From positions 62,001-126,000 of the forward strand of contig CM106585.1 in the NCBI GenBank assembly GCA_048013815.1: a DNA stretch of 64,000 nucleotides. The letters run 5' to 3'. This document shows positions 13,354 to 24,538 of this stretch, piece after piece. The DNA comes from Setoptus koraiensis (lineage: Eukaryota > Animalia > Arthropoda). The position numbers and the translations under genes were made by a program. Below the pieces are notes generated by a model that worked only from the letters and a program-made list of their open reading frames with translations, did not search any database and was not told the DNA's origin. Numbering within the stretch: the stretch's first letter is position 1; each line of letters opens with the position of its first letter.

Positions 13354-14213
13354 CATGTGATAAGACTGGTATAATGATGAAGTGTCTAGACTCTGTATAG
13401 TGGTTGAGATGAGAAGGATAAATAGCTTAAATAATCTTGTGAGTATAATGTACAAACAAATATATATTGGCGTGGCGCAAGAGACACAAACAACATTATT
13501 TGTTGCTTGAAAAATACAGAGCAGCTGAGTCGAGCTCACTCCTTCTTCCTTTTTATTTCTTCAACAGGCCACAAGCAGCGATTTATGTTGGTGTGTGTGC
13601 GCCTTGAGCCGACTAGGTGGGTCAGATAAAATTTGCAAGATTCTGTCATAAGTGTGCTTGTTGTCCGCTAGTAGGCCAGAATTGTCTATTAACAAGTGAA
13701 GCGAAGTGAACAAAACTCATACGTGAACACATGCAGTGTGAGCATTAGCTGGATCCTTTGTTAGGATGCACGCACTGTAAAGGTTCGTTTGGTCGCCAAC
13801 TACCAATCACAGTTAAGTTTGTATAACACAAGTGCCACTGTCGGCCGACGAAAGGTACTAGCTAGAAATGCAAGACTTTGACCTCTCATGGGCAGGTTAG
13901 ATAAGGTGTTTCGGTGCAGAAGCATAGATACTAATAACAAGGTCGGCTGTAGATACACAACTAGTAGTTTTCTGGAAGTTTATTTCGAGATTTTTTTATT
14001 TTATCTATATTCATTCCTTCATTAAGAGTGGCAGTCACACAAATACACACACCACAATAAACTAATTAATTGTCATCCCCGCTAATATTGATATTTATTA
14101 CTATAGAGTCATTATTACTAATTTTAAAAACAAAAGATTGAATAGAAACGAGAGAGAAGAAACATTTTTTTGATATCAGGATATTACAGCAACAACAACA
14201 AAAAGAGATCATT

Positions 14214-15212
14214 ATGGAAACAAACACAATTGTTTACGTGGCCGGTTGGTCAATAATTGTTTATTTTACATTGTCGCTTATTTATCGTCTATTGTGCGGC
14301 CTATGGAATCTCAAATTAGGACACGCTCTAGGTTTCTCTGCCAAATTCAAGCCACAAGCCAATTCATGGGCCGTCATAACCGGAGCCACAGACGGTATCG
14401 GACTCGCCTATGCTCATGAATTTAGCAAACGTGGCTACAACTTGCTACTCATCAGTCGTAATCTATCCAAATTGGTAAATGTCAAGCAAGAGCTCAATGC
14501 AAAATCAAACAAAAAGAACAAAGAGATCAAACTACATGTGGCAGATTTCTCCAAATTAGACATTTATGATGACATTAAAGTGGAAATTAATAGAATAGCA
14601 GCCAATGGTGATTCAAGAATTGATGTGCTCATCAACAATGTTGGCATGTCCTACGAACATCCAGAATTTTTCGCTTCACCCGAATTGGCTCAAAAGAACG
14701 ATCAAATTATCTATGTCAACAGTGTCTCATGTTTTAAAATGTGCAGCTTTGTGTTGCCATATATGGAACAACAAAAGCACGGTGTCATACTAAATATATC
14801 ATCATTTTCAGCTTTAGATCCGTGTCCACTATTGTCCATTTATGCTGCCACAAAATCATTTGTTGATATATTTACACGATCTATTGCTTATGAATATGCC
14901 AAAAAGGGCATCATCATACAGAGTGTTTTGCCTGGATTTGTTGTTACTAAAATGAGTAAAATTAGAAAATCATATTGGATGGCACCAACAGCAGAGGCCT
15001 ATGTTAAATCACAGTTGAAGACTGTTGGTTTAGATGGACAAACAACTGGTTATTGGTCGCACGAACTACAATATTATTTTACTCAACATCTCTTTCCAAT
15101 TGTTTACGGCAGAAGCATAACAGCCAACGTTGGGTTTAATCAAATGAAATTGCTTAGACACAAGGCACTGAGAAAAGCACAAGCTGAGGCATCGAGATCA
15201 CACCAAGAATAA
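14214..15212 (+). CDS. HSD17B12: Very-long-chain 3-oxoacyl-CoA reductase / 17-beta-HSD12-like SDR, intronless
   Basis: N-terminal TM segment, TGATDGIG NAD(P)-binding motif, LINNVG, catalytic YAATK and PGFVVTKMSKIR. Confidence 0.88.
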   Translation: METNTIVYVAGWSIIVYFTLSLIYRLLCGLWNLKLGHALGFSAKFKPQANSWAVITGATDGIGLAYAHEFSKRGYNLLLISRNLSKLVNVKQELNAKSNKKNKEIKLHVADFSKLDIYDDIKVEINRIAANGDSRIDVLINNVGMSYEHPEFFASPELAQKNDQIIYVNSVSCFKMCSFVLPYMEQQKHGVILNISSFSALDPCPLLSIYAATKSFVDIFTRSIAYEYAKKGIIIQSVLPGFVVTKMSKIRKSYWMAPTAEAYVKSQLKTVGLDGQTTGYWSHELQYYFTQHLFPIVYGRSITANVGFNQMKLLRHKALRKAQAEASRSHQE

Positions 15213-16199
15213 ATTGCATATCATTATTATTATGAGAAGAAACATACATACACACACACACACACACACTCTCAGAGGATGCTAGATTGACCCATTTTTT
15301 CATCTATTTTTTCTCTATTATTGCAACAATAATTGGATATAATAAATTTTGCAGGTGCTAACATTGGTAAAAAGATTTATTTTTACATTCTCCATCTCTC
15401 CTATGTTGTCCATGGAGAAGAAACTCGCTCATCATTGTCTCCGTGCATCTTACAGCATTTCCAAGATCAATTATTTCGAAGACTTTCGGAATAGTTCACT
15501 TTCGCTCCATCACCCAGTTCTTCTTTTATATCGACACCCCCAGATGTTCAAACCTTGATCGATTACCATCTTATAGACCCTTAGCGGGTAGATTTATTGG
15601 TCTTTTATCGCTATCGTTTTCTTGCCATCGGGACTGATGATGGTTACTATCACATTACTGGCAGTTTTGATACAATCTATCAATAATCGGAGAGCATTTC
15701 GTGTTCAGGACGTATGACTGTCTGATGTAGATAGCACCGATCAACAGCTTGATAAAATGGAGCGCCTTTTGTCTTCGTCACTTTCAAAATCGACTCTGAA
15801 GGTTTTCGAGAAAGAGAGTAGAAAAATAGCCATAGCGTAAAAGTGTTCGGACGAAACTGCAAGATAATGATGAGTGCGAGCTGATTTTTTGGGAGCGACT
15901 ATTGACACTTTTATCATAGAACTCCAAGATAAATCTGCCAATGATCAACAGTAGTCTAGCATCGATTTGTCGTGTACTTAGTGACCATCTTTAATTTTTC
16001 ATTTTGAATCAACTGTTATTGGACGTGACATCAGCGGGAGAGATGTGTCGTCTACCTTGTCAAGGTTTCGAGTGAGGGAAAAACTAGGTCAACGTTATAC
16101 GTAGAGAATGGAGATAAAAATAAGGTAATACAATGTAATTCAATCTTTTGTTAGTGGAATATCAAGAGTAAAGTAATAATGGCGCCGTGTTTCAATCAA

Positions 16200-17156
16200 T
16201 TAATAGTTAGGAAACAAATAATTCAAAAATTTCATCGCACTCTCATATCCCAGAAAACATGCAGCATTGGCTGGGAATGCTCTCAACATGATAGGTGTTG
16301 CTCCTTTGTACAAGCCACCAATTCCTTCTTGTTGCATAGTCTTCCGGAATACATCAATAAATCCCTTGTATTTTCCCTCTGGTGCTGTTTGTTGTCGTGA
16401 CTTCAAGACATCGGCCGGTATAGCAACAATCCAGTTGGCCACACCAGCCATACCGCCAGCTAACAGTGTTTTTCCTGGCGACAATTGATCTCTTGACCCA
16501 CCAACAGGTGTCAGAAGGCGCTGAAAGTACTCGTAAGTCATGAAATAAGTCGCCGTTGAAGGAACATCTCGACATATTGTGGCAACAGTACCTAGATAAA
16601 CATTCCTAATGCCACCCTGTTTATATAGTTGCTTGAAACAATCGCCTGGTCCACTGTACTTTGGGCGTACTGAGGTATCAGTCTGGCTGGCAGTTTGTAT
16701 TTGAAGTAAACATTTGACCCTTTCGCTAGGCGCTAAAATGACTGTAGTGGCTAGACCGGCCAAAGCACCCGCTCTGAATATTTCCAATAGTGTCAATTGG
16801 TGGTGCTCAGATTTCTTTTGTATGTCTTTGCCAAAAGTGAATGACCAAAAGCAGATTGCATACATCGGCGCTACGCCGGCAATTGGAGTGGCCATACCTT
16901 TGTACAGTCCACGAACGCCATCCCGAGCTAATGTCTTCTTCAGACAATCCCAAGTGCCTTTATATTGTGTCGGTCTGTTGTCATTAGTGTAGGCTTGTGT
17001 TTGTAGTCGTACCTTGATAGTGTCCAATGGGTGACCCGCCACTACGAGACACACACCACCGAACGCTCCACCAAAGAAATTTTTAGTTAGTGAGTTCTCT
17101 TTAGGTAGTTGACGATATTCTTCAGTTTGTTTTGATTCAATCGAATTCGCGGCCAT
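16200..17156 (-). CDS. SLC25A20: Mitochondrial carnitine/acylcarnitine carrier (congested-like trachea type), intronless
   Basis: Three carrier signatures (PLDTIKVRLQ, PSERVKCLLQ, PADVLKSRQQ) and the C-terminal RAFPANAACFLGYE. First ATG at 17156. Confidence 0.92.
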   Translation of the reverse strand: MAANSIESKQTEEYRQLPKENSLTKNFFGGAFGGVCLVVAGHPLDTIKVRLQTQAYTNDNRPTQYKGTWDCLKKTLARDGVRGLYKGMATPIAGVAPMYAICFWSFTFGKDIQKKSEHHQLTLLEIFRAGALAGLATTVILAPSERVKCLLQIQTASQTDTSVRPKYSGPGDCFKQLYKQGGIRNVYLGTVATICRDVPSTATYFMTYEYFQRLLTPVGGSRDQLSPGKTLLAGGMAGVANWIVAIPADVLKSRQQTAPEGKYKGFIDVFRKTMQQEGIGGLYKGATPIMLRAFPANAACFLGYESAMKFLNYLFPNY

Positions 17157-17591
17157 GATTCTTTCATCAAACAATACAAATGACTGTTAACATTAGAATG
17201 AGCGATTGCAATTCAAAAGAGTTGACATGAAGCTGTACAATCTAGAGAGAGATACAGACTGAATCTAACTGCGCAATAAACGACAAACACTGCTAGTACT
17301 ACACAAGATTCGGTAAGCAGAAGATTAGCCTCTGGAAACGTATTACGTAACCTTTCTTTTTGATTGAGTAGGACTCTTGTGGAGGAGACCAATCGAAACG
17401 AAAAATTATTCAAACTATGTTGTTGCTTCATATCAATGTAGTGTTAAGCCGATGATTTTATTTCGTCTGTTCCATTTCTTTTGTCACACAATGCCTGTCT
17501 ATCCATATCAACTGGTTATTGATATATCTGGTCAGTTCAAAGATTAGTCTCAAATTGGCAACAGTCTCCTTGCTCCAACGAGCCCATTGAA

Positions 17592-17776
17592 CACCCGAGG
17601 ATCGGATACGTTACTCGCATCCTCGATTAGAGATAAACTGCGTTCGACGTAGTTTAGATTAAAGATGCCAACGTAGCCATATCTAAGACCGCATGCGGGC
17701 GTCTATCCACGAATGAGAATTCATACAATAAGGTCATGGTGCAACTCTAATGGTTGACCGTCTATCCGTTCGGGTG
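17592..17776. ncRNA. Candidate structured RNA or palindromic element, unassigned
   Basis: Closing stem cacccga(17592-98)/tcgggtg(17770-76), continued by cggata/tatccg. Internal hairpins include taaactgcgt-tcg-acgtagttta. No family motif recognised. Confidence 0.25.
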
Positions 17777-18048
17777 CCTCCAACTAGAAGCAAATCTGTC
17801 TGCTTGATACAATTAAACTTAATTAAGGATTAGTTTGATGGACCTAATTTGTCATGAATTATGAGTACTCATGCGCAGGCCAAGTTTAACGCGCAGGTCT
17901 TTGAATTTCGCGCATCTTTCACCCATGTGGGACTTTTTGCACGACAGTTGTTCTCAACAACAAAATGACACAAGTGTCTTTGAAATTGATATCACCTTTA
18001 GATTAAAAATAAAACCATAAATAATAAATCGGAAAAATAAACTTCGAA

Positions 18049-18678
18049 ATGGACAGCGCTCCAGACACAGAGAGTCCAGTCGCTGAGATAGAGAAAGAGT
18101 TAGACATGTCGTCCACCGTTGAACTCATTGCAGAGGCTGCCCAAGAAATGCTCAAATTCAAGCAGGAAAACGATTACGCTAGTCTAGGACAAAAGTTGTC
18201 GGAAATAGCTCCACATTTGATACATCTGAAACAATTAAACAGAATGGATAAAATACTACGGGACGAGCTTAGGCAAAAAGTGGAACAAATTCAATCGCGA
18301 CTAATCCAGCTGACCATACTCAGAGAAGATCATCTATTTGATTTGGCTTGTTTGGAGGATGAAATCAGACAATTGAACGAGCGTTTAGACAAGAAAGATA
18401 TCATAGAGGTAACACCAATGGATCAATCAGAAAGTGACAGTTTTAGCACATTGAATATCGACTATGCACATAGGATACGAATGGCTGATCTGGATGCTGA
18501 GGCGAACAAACGAAAACTTTTAAGCGAACAGCTTGCACAAATAGAAAACGAAAAGGATAACCTAGAGAGTGAATTCCATAATTACGATGAAGATTTTATC
18601 GCAATGAAGCCTGTTGTGAAAAAGTACGTTGACACTTATACCAACTTGTTTCAAGTCAAGCCGAGTTTATCACAATGA
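18049..18678 (+). CDS. THOC5: THO complex subunit 5-like, N-terminal coiled-coil region only (209 aa)
   Basis: HLKQLNRMDKILRDELRQKVEQ and AHRIRMADLDAEANKRKLLSEQL resemble the THOC5 segments LK.LNR...KQKVD and H...LARL.WEL.QRK.L as recalled. Single exon. Confidence 0.65.
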   Translation: MDSAPDTESPVAEIEKELDMSSTVELIAEAAQEMLKFKQENDYASLGQKLSEIAPHLIHLKQLNRMDKILRDELRQKVEQIQSRLIQLTILREDHLFDLACLEDEIRQLNERLDKKDIIEVTPMDQSESDSFSTLNIDYAHRIRMADLDAEANKRKLLSEQLAQIENEKDNLESEFHNYDEDFIAMKPVVKKYVDTYTNLFQVKPSLSQ

Positions 18679-19049
18679 TGCAATCCATACTGTCAGAAGA
18701 TAAATTTGCCCTCAACGATCGGGAGATCTCGTCGTATTGATCTATCTATTTTTATCGCATCATATGGAGAATGTTCGAGCGAAAAATAGACCAAGAGCTT
18801 TAATACAATTTTGTGGCGCTTGAACGACTTTCACTGTACGCTTATATAATTAGTTACTTGTTTTTATTGCTGTTACGATTATTGCATTATACTGTTACCG
18901 ATGTATATCGTGACTGTCTTTGCATACACGACATAAAATGTGAGAGTCGTAATTTCCTGAAAACGATAGTTCCATATTAAAGGTATTCGTCGATATAAGT
19001 TGTAATACATTGAGTAAGTCTTGTAAATAAATGACGATGTAATAACCAA

Positions 19050-22000
19050 TCACGGCCCCAATAAGCTCACTTTGCTATCGCTGAAGTTGTATTCCAAATA
19101 GCAGGCAATAGTTACAAACAGAATGTAGATAATAGTTAAATATACGCCCACTTTAATGGTCATGGCCCATTTGTTGAATTTAAAAGTGATCAACAACGCA
19201 AATACTGTCACAAGTAATGTTAAACAAGTAACTGGTAATGCTGCACTTTGAATATCAACCTGGGCCGTTTCTCCCGCTGACAATCTGATAAGACACTTGA
19301 TGATCCTGTACATCGATCAGTCATTCCGTCATGCATTCATAACAATGATAATAACAATAACGATATCAGTGGTACAGTTATCAGAGTAAACAAATACAAA
19401 TACAAACAGAAAAAGATGGAGATAGAAAAAGTAAGTTGATTGGTGTTAGTTGTGATATGTTGTTGTTGTTGTTGTTGTTGTATTGAGTTCATCAACAATT
19501 CTCATAGTTGGGGTGCTTAAACTTTACTCAAATCACGTTGTGTCGGGCCAATGCACAAGATAAATGGATGAGATTGTGTTGATACGAGAACATACAAACG
19601 TTCCATGTTTATATGTTCTCAGTCGAACAACAACAGGAAAAGAAACATGATGAATGATAAACTTACCATGGCAAACTGAGACAAAACGATAAGTCAATGA
19701 CATTGGATCCTATGGCGTTACACACCGCCATATCGGCTTGAGCTGTTCGCTTGATTAGAACAATAGATGCAATTAACTCGGGTATTCCTGTTCCCCACGA
19801 CAATATTGTAATGCCGGCAACTGTTTCGGGAACCCCAAGGAATTGTCCAAACAAATGAACCATCCAAACGGCCACGTAAGTCAATACGCCTATCATGGTT
19901 ATTGATACAATAAATGTCCATACTGACCAAAAGGCATTCTTACAACCTTTTGGTGTCAATATGCGCATAATAATAGTCATGGGTAACATGGGTATCATGA
20001 TCCATTTTGTTTTTACCCAACACTTTTGATTATGTTCATCAAAACCAATTGGTTGTTGCTTCTCTGGCCTCGTGATCAGTGGAACTGATGTCGATTGTGG
20101 AGCCTCCAATTGTCTCATGAGACTCTTCTCAAACTGGCCAGTTTGTCGTTGTGGTTGATGTTGGTAGGACGCGGACAACAAATCGGCCACACTCAAATCA
20201 ATAATTGTGTTCTGTTGTAGTTGTTGTTGCTGTTGTTTTTGTTGTTGGTAGGTGGCACCGTAATTCAACAGGTTATTGTTTGGGGCCCCATCAACAACTT
20301 CTGTCCATTTGTTGTTGTCCTCTTGAGCAATAGTGGCCAAACCAGGATACAGATTACTGGATGATCTTGATTTTATTCGACCATCAATAATCATCGGATG
20401 GATAACTAACGGGGTTCGTTCGCTAATTTGTTGATTGAAGTTGTTTGCGACCAATTTAGCGCCTTTAGCGCTATTTAGGGTCGCTCTGAAGTCATCCAAT
20501 TGTCTGCTCATTTTATCCTCTGTTGCCTCTTTCTGGCCCATCTCATCTTGTTTATCGTGGCTCATTTTGTCGTCACTCTTACAATCAATGGCAGAATCAG
20601 TGCTGGAAGTAGAGCTTGTCAATGAATCGGCCGTCATGAGGCCGGGGAAATAGCTAGACAACTGGGCACTGTAAATCATGAAGCCGATGTAAAAGAAAAA
20701 CATTACCAGCAAAATCAATGCCTCAGGTCTGTTTATTGTGACGACATTATAATCATATTGATCGATTGATGATCATATTGAAAGTAAGAAAAAATTAAAA
20801 CATATTAGTTATCAATAAAAGCACTCGAATCAAATGAAAGTTATGCCACAATTGCAAGTTTTAATGTACTTACATGTCTACTTTGTTGTCCTTGATGACC
20901 AACACCAATACCAGTATGGTAATTGAATAAAAGGCGGAGTTTCTTATTAGCGGAAACGGGGCCAAATAAAGTACCCTCTTAAATGAGGTTGCTGCTACAA
21001 AAGCACAAGCGGCTGGTACCGCAATCAAATTAAAACAGGCACCACCAATAATGGAACCAGTTCCAATGTCGTCCTCGGTGACAAATACCCCGATAAGACT
21101 AGCGAATAACTCAGGTACAGAAGCACCTAGAGCCATCAGCGTAGACCCAGCAATATCTGGGGGTAAGTCCCAAACTGTAGATGAGGCACAAATGATGTTA
21201 TGGTGAGTGCAGACAGGTTAATATGAGATTATTTCTATGACAATTGAGTCATCTTGTTAATTAGTATGCAATGTTGTTAATTACTAACCGTGGGATAATT
21301 TTTGTATGGCTGGCACAAAGTAGGCATCGCAAATTACTGCCAATCCAAGACAACAATACACCAATATGAGTAAATAAATAAGGAAGCCACCATTAGAGAG
21401 GACCTAAAGTTACGTAATTACAGCAATGCATTAATGTGATTTGAACACACAAATTGATTATTGCGATTGATTTGGGTTCAGAATGATTGGGTGGTGATGA
21501 CAAAATTTAAATAATAATTAGTTTTGAACAATTATATCATATTTAGTGTTATTTTGTAATACATAGATAACTATTATTATAACACAATATACAATATGGT
21601 CTGGGCCTTTGGTCATTAATGGATCTCATCTTGTGGATTGGAATCTATTATTGGTTGCCAGAGTTTAATTTCTGTATATTTTCTTTACTATTAAAGCATA
21701 TGATGTGATAGAGAGCGATATATCAAGCATATATTGATATTTTAAAATTTTGTCTGTGTTTCGTTGCTATCAAGCTCTTCTTCAATCAAAGTTTAACAAT
21801 TTGCATTGTTGCGTTTATGATAGAAAAGCAAACTAGCTCAAATATAATTAACGGTGCTACATTAGCATGAATTTAACTATTATTTGCTACTAATTTGCAT
21901 AATTTTAATCACAGCAATACTGCAAATTTAAACATTTTACTGCTAATAACTTAAACATGTGTAATTCGATCTAGTATCAGTGGTTATCATTGTTATAATT

Positions 22001-22152
22001 ATTGGTAGAAAACTAACCTCATCCAAAAGAAACGAGTCGGAGGTCGAGCTCGACGCATCTAACGAGATCTGAGGGTTGAACATACTCTGTGAAAATCTAA
22101 AATGCAACTGAAGAAATTTTGTTAGCTCGTCAAGCAAGTCGCAAAATTTCAT
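19050..22152 (-). CDS. K+-dependent Na+/Ca2+ exchanger (SLC24/NCKX family); exons 22152-22018, 21403-21289, 21174-20874, 20728-19667, 19305-19050; 5' end uncertain
   Basis: Phase-consistent GT-AG junctions rebuild alpha-1 (DIAGSTLMALGASVPELFASLIGVF) and alpha-2 (GITILSWGTGIPELIAS...GSNVIDL) around a Q-rich cytosolic loop. Further upstream exons are possible. Confidence 0.88.
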
Positions 22153-23688
22153 CGTGTCTTATCTAATTTCACCATCTTAACAGATTATTGATCCAAATCG
22201 ATCAATGAGATTGATATCTGACTCATCCCATAACTAACAATAATATAATCTTTTTGACTAGCAGTCTATGTCATTTCTTGATTGCGTTGTTTCATGATGA
22301 AACGATTCAATTAACTTATAATAAACACCTATATCTAGACCACCATCTCGTCTAGAAGTGAGCTAGCTTGCCAGTTCGCGAAGCTTTGGCAATGTTGTTA
22401 CAATCTAACTTATTTTGCCAGAAAGAGAGACATAGACAGAGACTGAGAGACAGAGATAGATACATGTACATTGTAAGTCACCACTACTACTACCTCATTG
22501 GACTATATTATTTCATACAATATATAAATTGGATTTGATTCGATTGAATTAATGACGATAATGGCCGTTGACACGATGATTAATTCAATCGAATCTGATT
22601 ATTACAGCCATAAGACTGTCATTATTGGTGCTTTTGGCTATGGCGATGATGGGTCGGTGGCTATGAAGACGGAGAAGGCGAAATCTAATCAAAATCAGCA
22701 ACGTTAATACTACTCAAATAATAATAATAATAATAAAATAATTGACGTTGCGTTGAAAGCAGTAGACAATAATATCGGAATCACGCGCACTTGTCGTGAA
22801 TATCATCAATACTAATTGCGACAGCAAATTTGATATATATTTTGTCGCATTAATTTTGTTTTGTGTGATATTTGGCCCATTGGTGGCTAACAACTATACC
22901 CCTATTCTGTTTACTTGTTTACTGCTGGTGGCCGACAGATGTCATCTAGAATCTAGATGTTATTGTCAAATTGTTGATGGCTGTTGTTCTTGTTGTCGTT
23001 ACTTTTCCTATAAAATAAATAAACAACTATTATTGGTGATATTTTTTCTTTCTCTTTCTTTCTTTCTCAAGTATTATCAAACAGAGATGCAGATACCACG
23101 ACGACGTCTACAACAACAACAACAACAAACTAATAAGATACCTTAATTGAATTGAACAAGCCAAACAATAACCTAAGTGTCTCGCATTGGTGTTAATACG
23201 AGTTTGAGATAATATATTTGGAGTAATCAAACAAATTAGTACCAAAAATGATAGCATTAGCAAGAGAGAGAAACACTCAGGGTGAGAAAGCAAAAGGAAT
23301 TGAAACAGAATGAGTGAAGAACGCAACAACAAACCTGACATCTTGTCGTTTCATGTTAATTGTCGTGGCAAGGTAGCCGCTGAATTGTTAGATCAGCAAG
23401 TTTAATCAAGATGATGATCTCATTTTAATTGCACATGCACACTTACACACAAGTATATATATATATATTTATATGGGCTTCCTTAATCCAGCATTAAGTA
23501 TAAAAAATGGTTACCTCTACCATCTGATTTGTTACTAAAATCCTTGAGCAGCGACCTTGATTGGTTGTAGCGTGCAGATAACAACAATTATTTTATATTA
23601 TATATTTTCGAGAGAAGAGAGCTGTTTATATCATCAATTAATCGTTTCGATATGGACAACGAATGTCTGTATGAGAGGTCCAAAATGA

Positions 23689-24304
23689 TTATAATGTGCA
23701 CTGAACGATTTTTGTGATGTCATCGTGGTGCTTTTTGGCAGCAACAAGTGTTGCTGTCTGTCTGTTTCGTCCATGTTTAACATATTTGACATCTTGCAGT
23801 TTGTCAACATGGAAAATTCCTAAACGGATGTCTAGTACAATTCGAGTATCAACAGCAATGAGTGAGGCGACATCACTTTTGTCGAGTGTGATGTCACCAT
23901 TAGTCATCATACAGTCGGCCACATAAGCCACTAAACACATTATTTCATTATCAGTTATGACCGTAACGGCGTGACTTGTGCAATATGAATTGTGTTACAA
24001 TATCACTCGCTTGCGGTGTCGTTGCGTAATTATAATAACTGAGTTGGGTTTGCAAATCGGTTCGCAAGTTTGTGCTGAGCAGATTAGAATGTGTCGTGAA
24101 ATATGAAGTGAAATATGAAAAGCGTGGCAACAATGTTGATATGACAATGTAATTTAAATAAATCACACGGGCTGTCTCTAACTGGGCGACACTATTCGAA
24201 CAACAGATGCCAGCCAATTCGTTGAGTTGCTGGCGCAATCTTAATAAGTTTGTCAGATGATGTCTAATTTCAATTTGAATATTCCATTCCAGGCTAGCCG
24301 ACAT
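23689..24304 (-). pseudogene. Degenerate ROGDI/Rav2-like locus split over two ORFs
   Basis: ORF 24304-23951 starts SLEWNIQIEIRHHLTNL (cf. ROGDI F.WLL..EV..VL..L). ORF 23940-23689 has TNGDITLDKSDV, HVDKLQDVK and GRNRQTATL (cf. GD.L..ADV, W.L.QIQDA, ARNRLTTP). Alignment from memory; splice structure unresolved. Confidence 0.35.
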
Positions 24305-24538
24305 GTTGGTAGTTTTTTAAAAAGGTTTCTACGCCCTGACCAATTGTCATTCTGCAACTTGTCGTTTCCTAATTCCACACAGTAGCGCTTCGAATCAGTT
24401 GTAAATCGTTAGTGTTTTGATTGAATCTCCCAATAGTCACAATCATTCACTATATCCATATAGACATATAGAACATATAAACGTAATATCCACATTATAT
24501 ACACCAGTAGAAAAAGCGAGTGATAATTGCTGTTAAAA

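Noticed and set aside
12482-13539. Short ORFs between G6PC and HSD17B12
   Set aside because: No recognisable homology or consistent exon chain, and partly microsatellite-derived.
22796-23341. Hydrophobic ORFs as the NCKX signal-peptide exon
   Set aside because: The 23341 exon ends in phase 2, and I found no compatible acceptor joining it to the 22152 frame without a stop.
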